Of a DNA stretch of 64,000 bases, positions 7,889 to 17,856 are shown one piece after another. Source of the stretch: Lentisphaeria bacterium (GTDB lineage Bacteria > Verrucomicrobiota > Lentisphaeria > JABSQK01 > JAWLHB01). The stretch's first letter is position 1, and the number at the start of each line of letters is the position of its first letter. The stretch spans positions 1 through 64,000 of the forward strand of contig JAWLHB010000032.1 of NCBI GenBank assembly GCA_041690595.1. Direction: 5' to 3'. Both the position numbers and the translations under genes were made by a program. The notes under the pieces are model-generated. The model was not told the origin of the DNA. It saw only the letters and a program-made list of their open reading frames with translations, and did not search any database.

Positions 7889-9055
7889 TCAGCCTTTCTG
7901 CAGCAACTGCTCATAGACCGCGAGCAGGCGGTCGATCTGTGTCGAGAAGGGAAAAAACCGGGTCACCCATTCGCGTCCCTCGATGCCAAGGCGTTGCCGG
8001 TCCTCACGGTTGGCAGCCAGGCAAGTGAGCATGTCGCACATGTCCTCGCTGCTTCCCGGCTGAACATAAAGTATCGGGTTGCCCGGAAAACCGAAACGAT
8101 TGCCGGGAATATCCGTGGCAATCAGCGGCAGCCCCGCGCCCAGCGCCTCCAGAAGCTGATACGATAGCCCCTCGTAGAAAGAGGGAAGCACCGCCAGGTC
8201 CATCCCCGGCAGGTAGCGCTCCGCCGCCGGCTTATACCCCAGGTAGAGAACCACCCTCCCCAACCCCAGAGCATCGATCCGCTGCTGAATCTGCCCCACC
8301 AGCGGTCCTTCTCCGAAGAACAGAACCCGCAGCTGCTCCCGCGACTCCGCTGGCATGCGAGCAATCGAGTCGAGCAGCCAGAAGTGACCTTTCTTCGGCA
8401 CCAGGCGGGCAAGCATGCCCACCGCGATCTTGTCCGGCGCGATCCCCAACTCCCGCCGCACCTCATCCCGCGGCAGCAACGAGTCGAAGAAGGCCTGCGG
8501 CAAGCCATTCGCCCCCACCACGACCTGCTCGGGCGGCATCAACGCGTGGCGTCGAATCAGACTCCGTTCTGCCTCCGAAATGCAGAAGACCATATCGCTT
8601 CGCCCATTCAGCCACCTCTCCAGACCGATGCCGAGACGCATCCAGAACGGGCTCGAAAAGCCTTCGAAAAAGTAGGAGTGCGGCGTGTGCACGATCTTGG
8701 CCTTGGGTGCCGCTCTCGGTGCAATCAGCCGTCCGAGCAGCCCAGCCTTGGCGCAGTGAGTATGAACAATATCCGGTTGCCGCTCCCCCATCACCTTCCC
8801 GATCGCCCGCAACGAGCGCCAGTCCGAAACCGATAACTGCTTGGCCATGTCGATCTGATGAACCTGACACCCAAGCGCGCGATAGACGCCGAAATCTTCA
8901 TCGAAATCGGGATCGGAGAGCTGGCTCGACAGAATCAGATCCACCTCACAGCCGGACCGCCTGAGGGCGGTCGCCAGGTACCGTACATGCTTTCGCGCAC
9001 CACCTGCCGTGCCCTCCAGTACCTGCATCACATGCACTTTGTGCGTACTGCTCAT
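7889..9055 (-). CDS. Glycosyltransferase family 4
   Basis: GGARKHV, PDIVHTH, VHTPH, ARLVPKKGH, LPSFYEGL..LEALGAGLP..TDIPG. Start at ATG 9055 preferred. Confidence 0.9.
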   Translation of the reverse strand: MSSTHKVHVMQVLEGTAGGARKHVRYLATALRRSGCEVDLILSSQLSDPDFDEDFGVYRALGCQVHQIDMAKQLSVSDWRSLRAIGKVMGERQPDIVHTHCAKAGLLGRLIAPRAAPKAKIVHTPHSYFFEGFSSPFWMRLGIGLERWLNGRSDMVFCISEAERSLIRRHALMPPEQVVVGANGLPQAFFDSLLPRDEVRRELGIAPDKIAVGMLARLVPKKGHFWLLDSIARMPAESREQLRVLFFGEGPLVGQIQQRIDALGLGRVVLYLGYKPAAERYLPGMDLAVLPSFYEGLSYQLLEALGAGLPLIATDIPGNRFGFPGNPILYVQPGSSEDMCDMLTCLAANREDRQRLGIEGREWVTRFFPFSTQIDRLLAVYEQLLQKG

Positions 9056-9092
9056 GTGTACGTTCCGATGATGGTGAACCGCGATGATACCG

Positions 9093-10241
9093 TCATAAAC
9101 TGTCCACCGCATGCTGCATCCGTTCAAGTCCTTCCAGCAACAAGCTGCGCGGGCAACCGAAATTGAGCCGCAGAAAACCGTTCCCACGAAAGATTCTGCC
9201 GTCCGAGAGACCCACGCCATGCTCTTCAAAAAACACCGCCGGATCGCTCACCGGCAGCCCGGTCACATCCAGCCAGGCCAGATACGTCGCTTCCACATGA
9301 TTCACGCCGACCCCAGGAAGCCGTTCCGCAACGAAGCGGGCCAGCAGATCCCGGTTCTCCCGCAGATACGCCAGCAACTCCTGCCGCCACGGTTCGCCAT
9401 ACCGATAGGCCGCCTCCGCCGCCACCAGCCCCGCCGCATTCACCGCGGGAACAATGCCGCGCATCGTCGCCTGCATCCGCCGCCGAAGCTCGGGATTCGG
9501 CACGACCGCAAAAGAACAGCCCAGCCCCGCCAGATTGTACGTCTTGCTCGGCGCCATCAGCGTGATACTCCGCTCCGCAATCTCCTTGTCCAGCGACGCG
9601 ATCGGCAGGTGCGGCACCGGATCGAGCACCAGGTCACAATGGATCTCGTCGCTGCAGACCACCAGATCATGCCGAAGGCAGATCTCCGCATACGCTTCCA
9701 GCTCTTTCCGCGTGTAGGCACGACCGACCGGATTGTGCGGATTGCACAGGAGCATCAGCGAGGTCCGCTCCGTACATGCCGCCTCCACATCCTCGGCAAG
9801 CACCTGCCAGCGCCCCTCATGGCACGCCGTGCGGATGATCTGCGGTTCGCGGTCCGCGTTCCTTGGCGCCGTCAGGAACGGCCCATAAATGGGCACCGGA
9901 GAAAGTATGCCGTCCCCCTTCTCGCCAATCGCCGCACAACAGACATTGAGACCGCTCACCAGCCCCGGAAGCCAGATCAGCCACTCCGCTTCCACTCGCC
10001 ATGCATAACGCGCCTCCAACATCTCCAGCACCGCGCTCACCAACCCCTCCGTCGGGTTGACATACCCGTAGATCCCATGCTCGGCATACTCGCGCACTGC
10101 CGCCACCACCAGCGGCGGCGCCTTGAAATCCATGTCCGCCACCCACATGGGCAGGACCGCCGGATCCGCATACCTGCCCCACTTGACGCTGCCGCTGTTG
10201 CGACGATCGATCACCATGTCGAAATCATTCTCTCCTGCCAT
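9093..10241 (-). CDS. PLP-dependent MalY/PatB-family C-S lyase (cystathionine beta-lyase-like)
   Basis: SVKW, LPMWVADMDF, LCNPHNPVG, SDEIH, APSKTYNLAG, FLRLNFGCP. Confidence 0.9.
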   Translation of the reverse strand: MAGENDFDMVIDRRNSGSVKWGRYADPAVLPMWVADMDFKAPPLVVAAVREYAEHGIYGYVNPTEGLVSAVLEMLEARYAWRVEAEWLIWLPGLVSGLNVCCAAIGEKGDGILSPVPIYGPFLTAPRNADREPQIIRTACHEGRWQVLAEDVEAACTERTSLMLLCNPHNPVGRAYTRKELEAYAEICLRHDLVVCSDEIHCDLVLDPVPHLPIASLDKEIAERSITLMAPSKTYNLAGLGCSFAVVPNPELRRRMQATMRGIVPAVNAAGLVAAEAAYRYGEPWRQELLAYLRENRDLLARFVAERLPGVGVNHVEATYLAWLDVTGLPVSDPAVFFEEHGVGLSDGRIFRGNGFLRLNFGCPRSLLLEGLERMQHAVDSL

Positions 10242-10427
10242 ATCCACCGCCAATATCTGACGTAACGAGGTTGGCGCGCCGCCCATCGGCACCACATCGG
10301 GCCGGGTGGAGGTGAAGCGCGTAAAGGGCCACCGCGGTAAAATAGCCGCTTCGCCTTGCTCATCACCCCCAAGCGCAATAAATTTAGCACTCGCTTCATT
10401 GACTCATGCCACATCCTGAAGGCCAGC

Positions 10428-11405
10428 TTGCATACCGACTATCTCATCTTCAACGTGGTTTTGCTTGTCGCCGGCCTGATCGTCCTCGTCAAAGGGAGCG
10501 ACTGGTTCATCGATGGCGCCGCGCATATTGCCCACCATTACCATATACCGGATGTCATCATCGGGCTGACCCTCGTCAGCATCGGCACCTCCCTGCCGGA
10601 GCTCGCCACCAACATTTATGCCGCATCGATCGATCAGGGGGCAGTCGCCCTGGGCAATGTTGTCGGCAGCAACATCGCCAACACGCTTCTCATCCTGGGC
10701 GTTGCGGCAGTCTGCATGCGCACCATCCCCATCGCCCGCCTCCTTTTCAATCGAGACGCCTTTGCCATGCTCGGTGTCACCCTCCTCTTCTGCCTCTTCT
10801 GCTACGTCTCTCCGGGCCACGCACCTGTACTCTCGCGACTGGAAGGGATGGCTTTGCTCCTGGTCCTGGCCATCTATGTGGCCCATCTTTTCCGCGGCCA
10901 TAAACAAGAGCTCATCCAGAGCGAAGCCGTCGTGGCCGGAAAAATTCGCTCCGTCCCCTTCGCCTTGGTCATGCTCCTTGTCGGCGGCGCCTTCATCATG
11001 TTCGGCGCCAAAGTGATGGTCGACAACGTCGTCTGGGCGGCGAAAGTCCGCTTCGGCATACCGGAAGAACTGGTCAGCGCCACCGTCATCGCCTTTGGCA
11101 CCTCCGTCCCCGAACTGGCCGTCACCGTCGCCGGCGTCCTCAAAGGCAAGAATGACATCGCACTTGGCAATGTCATCGGGAGCAATATATTCAATCTCGG
11201 CCTGATCATGGGGATCACTGCACTCATCTCACCCATACCCGTCACCCTCGAAGCAGGCTCCTTCCTGCTGCCCTACATGCTCGGTGCAGCACTCCTCCTG
11301 GTCTTATTCATGCGTACCTCCTGGGCCCTGCTCCGCTGGGAGGGAATCGTCTTTCTCACGGGGTATCTCACCTTTATCGCCCTCAACATCCAGCGGATTC
11401 TCTAG
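10428..11405 (+). CDS. Calcium/sodium antiporter (YrbG/CaCA family)
   Basis: Two alpha repeats GTSLPEL..GNVVGSNI and GTSVPEL..GNVIGSNI. Start uncertain (TTG 10428; ORF opens 10356). Confidence 0.9.
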   Translation: MHTDYLIFNVVLLVAGLIVLVKGSDWFIDGAAHIAHHYHIPDVIIGLTLVSIGTSLPELATNIYAASIDQGAVALGNVVGSNIANTLLILGVAAVCMRTIPIARLLFNRDAFAMLGVTLLFCLFCYVSPGHAPVLSRLEGMALLLVLAIYVAHLFRGHKQELIQSEAVVAGKIRSVPFALVMLLVGGAFIMFGAKVMVDNVVWAAKVRFGIPEELVSATVIAFGTSVPELAVTVAGVLKGKNDIALGNVIGSNIFNLGLIMGITALISPIPVTLEAGSFLLPYMLGAALLLVLFMRTSWALLRWEGIVFLTGYLTFIALNIQRIL

Positions 11406-11476
11406 CTCTTATGACCTCCACTCACCTCCTTTCTCACCCCCACCATAAAAAAATTGCTCAACAGGGGTAGACAAGT

Positions 11477-12256
11477 ATGCGTCCCCTCGTTATTTTATGC
11501 GTTCTCTTTCAGGCAATTTTGCCGGTTCGTGGTGCAGACTCGCCAAACGCCGAACAAGCAGCTCGCTTTCATGAGCTGGAAGTTGCTCGTCAGACGGCTG
11601 AGGACCGGTGCCTCGAACTTAACGCGCGGCTGGTCAGAACCGAAAAGGAACTCGACCAGGCACGCAAGCAACTGGCGGATGCGCTACTCGAAACCAAGCG
11701 GCTGCGGGGCGACTTGCAGGCGATAAAGTTGAAAGCAGCAAATGTCCTCGTAAACCATCAGGATTTGAGCGAAGCGCGGGTTCTTGCACAGGTACATGTG
11801 AATCTGCGGGAACTCGGTTCTGCTCACCAGCAACTCTATCGGTATTTACTCGACTACAAACAATCGCTCGAATCGGTGCTCGATGTACTGGATTCCGGCA
11901 ACAATTCGTCTCTCAGGCAATTGCTCCAACGCCAACTCGAACTGATCTTCTATCAGTTCGGCGAAGCACAAAGCATTGCCGATACCACGGCAGCCAATGA
12001 CAATGGCACCAATGCTCTAACCAGCACGGTCCTCAATGTCAATGAAAATCTCGCCGTAGTTGTCCTCGATGCGGGACGAATGCAGGGTATCAGGATCGGC
12101 TCTTCATGGCAGGTGACCAACAATCGCGGCTCGAAGACTGTCCTGAGAATCGTCGAAGCCCGACACTCCCTGAGCGCCGCCCTGGTTGTCGAAGGCAACC
12201 TCAATCAAGTCACTCCAGGCGCCACAGCACATCTGATCATCCAACCGGGTGAATGA
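11477..12256 (+). CDS. Hypothetical exported coiled-coil protein with C-terminal beta-rich domain
   Basis: Signal peptide (MRPLVILCVLFQAILPVRG|A), long heptad region, C-terminal VLNVN..VVVLDAGRMQGIRIG..LRIVEAR..SAALVV. Confidence 0.7.
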   Translation: MRPLVILCVLFQAILPVRGADSPNAEQAARFHELEVARQTAEDRCLELNARLVRTEKELDQARKQLADALLETKRLRGDLQAIKLKAANVLVNHQDLSEARVLAQVHVNLRELGSAHQQLYRYLLDYKQSLESVLDVLDSGNNSSLRQLLQRQLELIFYQFGEAQSIADTTAANDNGTNALTSTVLNVNENLAVVVLDAGRMQGIRIGSSWQVTNNRGSKTVLRIVEARHSLSAALVVEGNLNQVTPGATAHLIIQPGE

Positions 12257-12299
12257 GCCACCACCGACAGGTCAATCACAGCATAAGCGGAAACGTCCA

Positions 12300-12644
12300 A
12301 TGGAAAAACAGGCAATCAGCAAATACGTGCGAATCTCGCCCTTCAAGGCTCGCGAGGTGACCCGTCTTATCCATCGCAAGCCGGTGGTTGAAGCGCTCGC
12401 GCTGGTGGATTTCTCGCCCCGCAAGGCCGCCGAACTGGTCGGCAAGACCCTGCGTTCCGCGATAGCCAACGCAGAAAACGATCCCAACAATCCTATCGCC
12501 CGCGATGACCTCTATGTCCGCGAAGCCGTCGTCGGCGAAGGTCCGACCATGAAGCGCATCCGACCCAAAGCCCGCGGCATGGCTGGGCGTATCCATAAAC
12601 GCACCAGCCACATCCGGATTGTGGTCACAGACGAAGAAGCATAA
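12300..12644 (+). CDS. rplV: 50S ribosomal protein L22
   Basis: YVRISPFKAREV..LRSAIANAE..GEGPTMKRIRPKARG..KRTSHIRIVV. Confidence 0.97.
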   Translation: MEKQAISKYVRISPFKAREVTRLIHRKPVVEALALVDFSPRKAAELVGKTLRSAIANAENDPNNPIARDDLYVREAVVGEGPTMKRIRPKARGMAGRIHKRTSHIRIVVTDEEA

Positions 12645-12659
12645 GGAAGAGGTTTTAAC

Positions 12660-13385
12660 GTGGGCCAGAAAGTCAATCCAATTGGATTTCGCATTGCGGT
12701 CACAAAGGACTGGCGTAGCCGCTGGTTTGCCAACAAGCAGAACTTCGGCAATATGCTGCATGAGGATCTCAAGATCCGCGGCTTCGTCAAAGAACAGCTT
12801 TCCCAGGCAGCCGTCGCGCGCATCCAGATCGAGCGCTTTGCGAATCGTGTCCGCATCACCGTTCATTCCGCCCGACCAGGGCTGGTCTTTGGACGGCGGC
12901 GCAGTGAACTGGACGCCTTGCGAGATCGGCTCTTCAAGCTGACCGGCGGCAAGGATATCTACATCGATGTCGTCGAAGTGAAGCGCCCCGAACTGGACGC
13001 CCAGCTTGTCGCCGAGAACATCGCGACGCAGATCGAGCGCCGTATCAGCTTCCGGCGCGCCATGAAGAAGGCAATCCAGTCCACCATGGATATGGGTGCC
13101 GAAGGGATCAAGATCCGCTGCGCGGGACGCCTCAATGGCGCCGAACTCGCGCGAATGGAGCAGCATAAGGACGGCAAGGTGCCGTTGCACACGCTGCGAG
13201 CCAATGTTCAATACGGTTTCGCAGAAGCAAATACCATGGCCGGCAAAATCGGGGTGAAGACCTGGTTGTGCCTGCCAGACAATTTGGAGGAACTCGACCA
13301 TGCCACTAATGCCAAAGCGAGTCAAGCACCGAAAGGTGCAGCGGGGAAAAATCGCCGGCGTCGCACAGCGCGCCAACAAGATTGA
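12660..13385 (+). CDS. rpsC: 30S ribosomal protein S3
   Basis: MGQKVNPIGFR, GRLNGAELAR, VPLHTLRA; GTG start; overlaps rplP by 86 nt. Confidence 0.97.
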   Translation: MGQKVNPIGFRIAVTKDWRSRWFANKQNFGNMLHEDLKIRGFVKEQLSQAAVARIQIERFANRVRITVHSARPGLVFGRRRSELDALRDRLFKLTGGKDIYIDVVEVKRPELDAQLVAENIATQIERRISFRRAMKKAIQSTMDMGAEGIKIRCAGRLNGAELARMEQHKDGKVPLHTLRANVQYGFAEANTMAGKIGVKTWLCLPDNLEELDHATNAKASQAPKGAAGKNRRRRTARQQD

Positions 13386-13719
13386 TTTTGGCGATTACGC
13401 CTTGCAGGTTCTTGCCTGCGGCTATATCACCAACAAACAGATCGAGGCAGCTCGTGTGGCCATCACCCGCCACATGAAACGCCGAGGTCAATTGTGGATT
13501 CGGATCTTTCCAGACAAGCCGTACACCAAGAAGCCGCTGGAAACCCGAATGGGCAAAGGTAAAGGCAATGTCGAAGGATGGTGCGCTCCCGTTCAGGCTG
13601 GACGCATTATCTTCGAAGCCGCCGGATGCAGCGAAACCGTCGCTCGCGCCGCCTTCGCTCGCGGCTCAAGCAAGCTCCCTCTGCGCTGCAAGATGCTAAC
13701 CCGCGCCACCGCCAGTTAA
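13300..13719 (+). CDS. rplP: 50S ribosomal protein L16
   Basis: [42 protein letters not shown]. Confidence 0.97.
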   Translation: MPLMPKRVKHRKVQRGKIAGVAQRANKIDFGDYALQVLACGYITNKQIEAARVAITRHMKRRGQLWIRIFPDKPYTKKPLETRMGKGKGNVEGWCAPVQAGRIIFEAAGCSETVARAAFARGSSKLPLRCKMLTRATAS

Positions 13720-13728
13720 GGACTCCAC

Positions 13729-13932
13729 ATGAAAGCTACTGATATCCGAGAACTGACGGCTCTTGAACTCGACAAGGCTCTCGACGATGCGCGAAAGGAA
13801 ATGCTCCATCTGCGCATACAACAGAAGACCGGTCAGATCGAGAATACCGCGCGCATCCGCTTCATCCGACGAGACATCGCCCGAATGCTTACCGAGCAGA
13901 CCGTCCGGACCAACGCCACCCAAACCGCCTGA
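13729..13932 (+). CDS. rpmC: 50S ribosomal protein L29
   Basis: [27 protein letters not shown]; operon position. Confidence 0.95.
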   Translation: MKATDIRELTALELDKALDDARKEMLHLRIQQKTGQIENTARIRFIRRDIARMLTEQTVRTNATQTA

Positions 13933-13940
13933 GGATACGT

Positions 13941-14219
13941 ATGAACGAGACCAGCACCGAGAGCCAGGCAAACCGCAAGGAGCGCGTTGGCACCGTCGTC
14001 AGCTCTGTCCAGGACAAGACTATCATTGTCCAGGTCGAGCGCCAGTTTGCACACCCCATCTACCGAAAGGTCATCAGCCGAAAGAAGCGCTTTCACGCCC
14101 ACGATGAAAAGAATGAAGCAAAGAAGGGTGACGTCGTCCGCATCGTCGAGACCAGACCGCTCAGCAAGCTCAAACGCTGGCGGTTGACCGAGATCGTCCG
14201 ACGCGGCGAGCAGGACTGA
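13941..14219 (+). CDS. rpsQ: 30S ribosomal protein S17
   Basis: [40 protein letters not shown]. Confidence 0.97.
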   Translation: MNETSTESQANRKERVGTVVSSVQDKTIIVQVERQFAHPIYRKVISRKKRFHAHDEKNEAKKGDVVRIVETRPLSKLKRWRLTEIVRRGEQD

Positions 14220-14324
14220 CCCTCTTCCACCCCAAGTTGATGATCACGACATTGTCCGGTTGCCCCGCTTTGCGACAAGCAGCCACTGCAAAACAGTTTC
14301 CAGATGTGAACGGAGAGTAAAATT

Positions 14325-14690
14325 ATGGTTCGACCGCAAACCAGTCTGCTTATTGCCGACAATAGCGGCGCCCGACGGGTCGTGACCATCACCGTCCTCG
14401 GCCAGCGCAAGAAAACGGCCGGCGTCGGCGATGTCGTCACTGCCACCGTCAAGGAAGCCGCCCCCGACGGCCTTGTCAAAAAAGGCGAAGTTGTCAAGTG
14501 CGTCATTGTCCGCACCACACATCCGGTCCGTCGCGAAGACGGATCGTATCTGCGGTTTGACCACAATGCCGCCGTCGTCATTGACGATAATATGAATCCA
14601 CGAGGCACGCGCATCTTCGGCTCTGTCGCCCGCGAACTGCGGGACAAGAAGTTCATGAAGATCGTGTCGCTGGCACCGGAGGTAATCTGA
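14325..14690 (+). CDS. rplN: 50S ribosomal protein L14
   Basis: [43 protein letters not shown]. Confidence 0.97.
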   Translation: MVRPQTSLLIADNSGARRVVTITVLGQRKKTAGVGDVVTATVKEAAPDGLVKKGEVVKCVIVRTTHPVRREDGSYLRFDHNAAVVIDDNMNPRGTRIFGSVARELRDKKFMKIVSLAPEVI

Positions 14691-14987
14691 ATGAAGACCC
14701 GTATCCGCAAGAACGACGTGGTCACGGTGATCAGCGGAGCCCACAACGGCTCCAGCGGCAAGGTTCTCTCGGTCGACCGCGAGAAGCAGCGCGTCATCGT
14801 CGAGAACGTCAACGTCGGCCGTAAGGCACTTCGCCCCAGTCAGGCAAGTCCCCAGGGTGGCCTGATCGATCGCGAGCGTTCCATCCACCTCTCCAACGTC
14901 ATGCTGGAGTCTGAACACGAAGCCCGCGCGGCCAAACGCTCCGGCGGCTCGGCAGCCGAAGAGACTGCCACCAGCGAAGAAGGTTGA
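14691..14987 (+). CDS. rplX: 50S ribosomal protein L24
   Basis: IRKNDVVTVISG..GKVL..VIVENVN..GGLIDRERSIHLSNV. Confidence 0.95.
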   Translation: MKTRIRKNDVVTVISGAHNGSSGKVLSVDREKQRVIVENVNVGRKALRPSQASPQGGLIDRERSIHLSNVMLESEHEARAAKRSGGSAAEETATSEEG

Positions 14988-14992
14988 GGACC

Positions 14993-15532
14993 ATGAGCAC
15001 CCCACTTTTAGAAAGTTACAAGAGCGAATACGCCCCCGAGTTGCGCAAGCGCCGCGGATATGGCAACGTCATGGAAATCCCCAAGCTGGTCAAAATCGTC
15101 ATCAGCACCGGGATCGGCACCAGCAAGGATCGCGAAGTCTTTGACGAGGCAGTCCGCACTCTCGCGGCTATTGCCGGTCAGAAGCCCGTCATCACCAAGG
15201 CCCGTTCCAGCATCGCCAATTTCAAGCTCCGTGAGGGCATGAACGTCGGATGTCAGGTCACCCTCCGAGGGATCCAGATGTACGATTTCATGTACAGACT
15301 CATCAATGTCGCACTCCCACGCGTTCGTGACTTCCGCGGCATGAGCCCAAATTCCTTTGACGGCTCCGGAAACTACAGCATGGGCGTTACCGAGCAGACC
15401 ATCTTCACCGAGATCGATCTCGACAAGATGAAGCATACGATCGGCATGAACATCACCGTCGTTACCACCGCAAAGACGGATGACGAAGCACGTGAGCTGC
15501 TCACCCTGATGGGCTTCCCCTTCACCACGTGA
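14993..15532 (+). CDS. rplE: 50S ribosomal protein L5
   Basis: GQKPVITKAR.SIANFKLREG, LPRVRDFRG, FDGSGNY. Confidence 0.97.
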   Translation: MSTPLLESYKSEYAPELRKRRGYGNVMEIPKLVKIVISTGIGTSKDREVFDEAVRTLAAIAGQKPVITKARSSIANFKLREGMNVGCQVTLRGIQMYDFMYRLINVALPRVRDFRGMSPNSFDGSGNYSMGVTEQTIFTEIDLDKMKHTIGMNITVVTTAKTDDEARELLTLMGFPFTT

Positions 15533-15666
15533 GCAGACACGGGCGGCAACTAGAGATCCATCAACCGCACCAACAGCAGACAAAGCACCCCGTGACCTAA
15601 GCGGTACGACCGATCCCGTCACGCCGCCCGAATCACCAGCATTCCGAAAGACAGGGAGTTCCAATC

Positions 15667-15852
15667 GTGGCCAAAAAATCGCTAATCGTCAAATCTCAGC
15701 GTACGCCGAAGTTCCAGGTGCGCGCCTACAATCGTTGCCGGCGCTGCGGCCGGTCCCGTGCCTATATCCGCAAATTCCAACTGTGCCGCATTTGCTTCCG
15801 TGAACTCGCCTCCATCGGCGAGATCCCGGGTGTCACCAAGGCGAGCTGGTAA
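15667..15852 (+). CDS. rpsN: 30S ribosomal protein S14, short zinc-binding (type Z) form
   Basis: 61 aa; [26 protein letters not shown]. Confidence 0.97.
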   Translation: MAKKSLIVKSQRTPKFQVRAYNRCRRCGRSRAYIRKFQLCRICFRELASIGEIPGVTKASW

Positions 15853-15870
15853 ACCAACAGGGAGCGTTGC

Positions 15871-16266
15871 ATGAATATCTCCGATCCCGTCGCCGATATG
15901 CTTACGCGTATCCGCAATGCCGGCAGAGCAGGTCACAGCACCGTCTTGATCCCGGCTTCGAAACTCAAACAGAGCATTGCTGACGTCTTGACCAAGCAGG
16001 GATACATCGCTGAAGTCGAGCTCGAAACTGAAGGGGCAAAGCGCACCCTGAAGCTCACGCTCAAGTACGCCGACAGCAAACCGGTCATCGAAGGCCTCCG
16101 CCGTATCAGCAAGCCTTCCCGTCGTATTTACGTCGGTGCCGGTGAGGTCCCGCGTGTGCGCGGCGGCCTCGGCACTGCCATCGTTTCCACCCCCCAAGGC
16201 GTGGTCACCGACAAAGAGGCCCGTTCCCTCAACGTCGGTGGCGAGCTGCTCTGTTACGTCTGGTAA
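15871..16266 (+). CDS. rpsH: 30S ribosomal protein S8
   Basis: [32 protein letters not shown]. Confidence 0.97.
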   Translation: MNISDPVADMLTRIRNAGRAGHSTVLIPASKLKQSIADVLTKQGYIAEVELETEGAKRTLKLTLKYADSKPVIEGLRRISKPSRRIYVGAGEVPRVRGGLGTAIVSTPQGVVTDKEARSLNVGGELLCYVW

Positions 16267-16284
16267 CTCCTGAGGAATCCCACC

Positions 16285-16818
16285 ATGTCACGCATTGGAA
16301 AAAGAGCGATCCCCCTGTCCGACGCCGTCACGGTTACCGTTGATGGCCAAAACGTTGCCGTCAAAGGACCGAAAGCGACCCTCGAACATATCCTCCCCGA
16401 GCAGATCAGCGCCGTCGTTGAAGAAAAGCTGCTCCTCGTAAAGCGGGTTGATGATTCGCGTCAGGCAAAGGCCATGCACGGCCTGAGCCGTACCCTCCTG
16501 AGCAATATGATCGAAGGGGTGGTTACCGGCTTCAAGAAAGAGCTGGAAATCATCGGCGTCGGCTATCGCGCCCAGGTACGCGGCACCACTCTCGTTCTCA
16601 ATCTCGGCTATTCAAACCCCGTCGAGTACGAGATCCCCGCCGGCGTCACCATCGCCGTCAACGACAACGTACGCATTGTCGTCGAGGGATCGGACAAGCA
16701 GCAGGTTGGTCAGGTTTCCGCCACCATCCGCGGCTTCCGCCCACCCGAGCCTTACAAGGGCAAGGGCATCCGCTACCGCGGCGAATACATCCTCCTGAAG
16801 CAGGGCAAGACCGTCTGA
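16285..16818 (+). CDS. rplF: 50S ribosomal protein L6
   Basis: MSRIGK, GVGYRA, RPPEPYKGKGIRY. Confidence 0.97.
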   Translation: MSRIGKRAIPLSDAVTVTVDGQNVAVKGPKATLEHILPEQISAVVEEKLLLVKRVDDSRQAKAMHGLSRTLLSNMIEGVVTGFKKELEIIGVGYRAQVRGTTLVLNLGYSNPVEYEIPAGVTIAVNDNVRIVVEGSDKQQVGQVSATIRGFRPPEPYKGKGIRYRGEYILLKQGKTV

Positions 16819-16871
16819 CCTCGCTACAGCCATCTACGTCTTCCATTTCTCAACATCACAGGTAATCCATC

Positions 16872-17240
16872 ATGGCGAAAAAAGCACGAAGCAGAAAAGA
16901 GGCGCGGTATCGCCGCCATCTGCGCGATCGTCGCCGCGTAGTCGGTTCCGCGGAACGACCACGCATGAGCGTCTTCACCAGCGGCAAGCATATCTATGTG
17001 CAGTTCATCGACGATCTGCGCGGCCATACTCTGGCTGCCATCTCGACCCTGGATTCCCAGATGCGCGAGCAGAGCGTCAACGACAACAAGCAGGGCGCCG
17101 AAACGTTGGGCACCGTCGCCGCTGAGCGCGCTCAGTCGGCTGGTATCAGCAAAGTGGTCTTCGACCGCGGCGGCTTCAAGTATCATGGTCGTATTCAGAC
17201 TCTTGCGGATGCCGCGCGTAAAGCGGGCCTGCAGTTCTGA
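16872..17240 (+). CDS. rplR: 50S ribosomal protein L18
   Basis: RPRMSVF..HIYVQFIDD..VVFDRGGFKYHGR..ARKAGLQF. Confidence 0.97.
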   Translation: MAKKARSRKEARYRRHLRDRRRVVGSAERPRMSVFTSGKHIYVQFIDDLRGHTLAAISTLDSQMREQSVNDNKQGAETLGTVAAERAQSAGISKVVFDRGGFKYHGRIQTLADAARKAGLQF

Positions 17241-17299
17241 CGCGCTCACGCCGTCCATTCACCGAGAGCAGAGCGACACAAGCCAAGGAGTAACAAGGC

Positions 17300-17806
17300 G
17301 TGGCAGCCAATCAAAACAGAACTAATCGTGACGAAGGCTCTTCAGAATTTGAAGAGCGCGTTGTCAATATCAAGCGATGCAGCAAGGTCGTCAAAGGCGG
17401 TCGTAACTTCAGCTTCAGCGCGCTGGTCGTGGTCGGCAATCGTGCCGGTCGGGTCGGCGTCGGCCTTGGAAAGGCCAATGAAGTGACCAGCGCGATCCGC
17501 AAGGGATCCGAGCTGGCGCGTAAAGCAATGCGGCCCGTCCCGCTGCACGGCAGCACCATTCCCCATGAGATCGAGACGCGGTTCCGCGGCGCCGTGGTGC
17601 TCATGCGCCCAGCTTCTCCCGGTACCGGGCTCATCGCCGGCGGCGGCATGCGCGCCGTGCTTGACCTGGCCGGCGTCCATGACGTCCTCGGCAAGTCCCT
17701 CGGCAGCAGTAATCCCACCAATGTGGTCAAAGCGACAATGATGGCTCTCGACGCCATGCAGAGCCGTGAAGCTGTCCTCGCCAAGCGCGGCGTCAGCCAG
17801 CTCTGA
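17300..17806 (+). CDS. rpsE: 30S ribosomal protein S5
   Basis: [38 protein letters not shown]. Confidence 0.97.
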   Translation: MAANQNRTNRDEGSSEFEERVVNIKRCSKVVKGGRNFSFSALVVVGNRAGRVGVGLGKANEVTSAIRKGSELARKAMRPVPLHGSTIPHEIETRFRGAVVLMRPASPGTGLIAGGGMRAVLDLAGVHDVLGKSLGSSNPTNVVKATMMALDAMQSREAVLAKRGVSQL

Positions 17807-17856
17807 GATTCCAGTCGCTTCTCTCTCTTACCTATACCCTATAAGGAAACATACCC

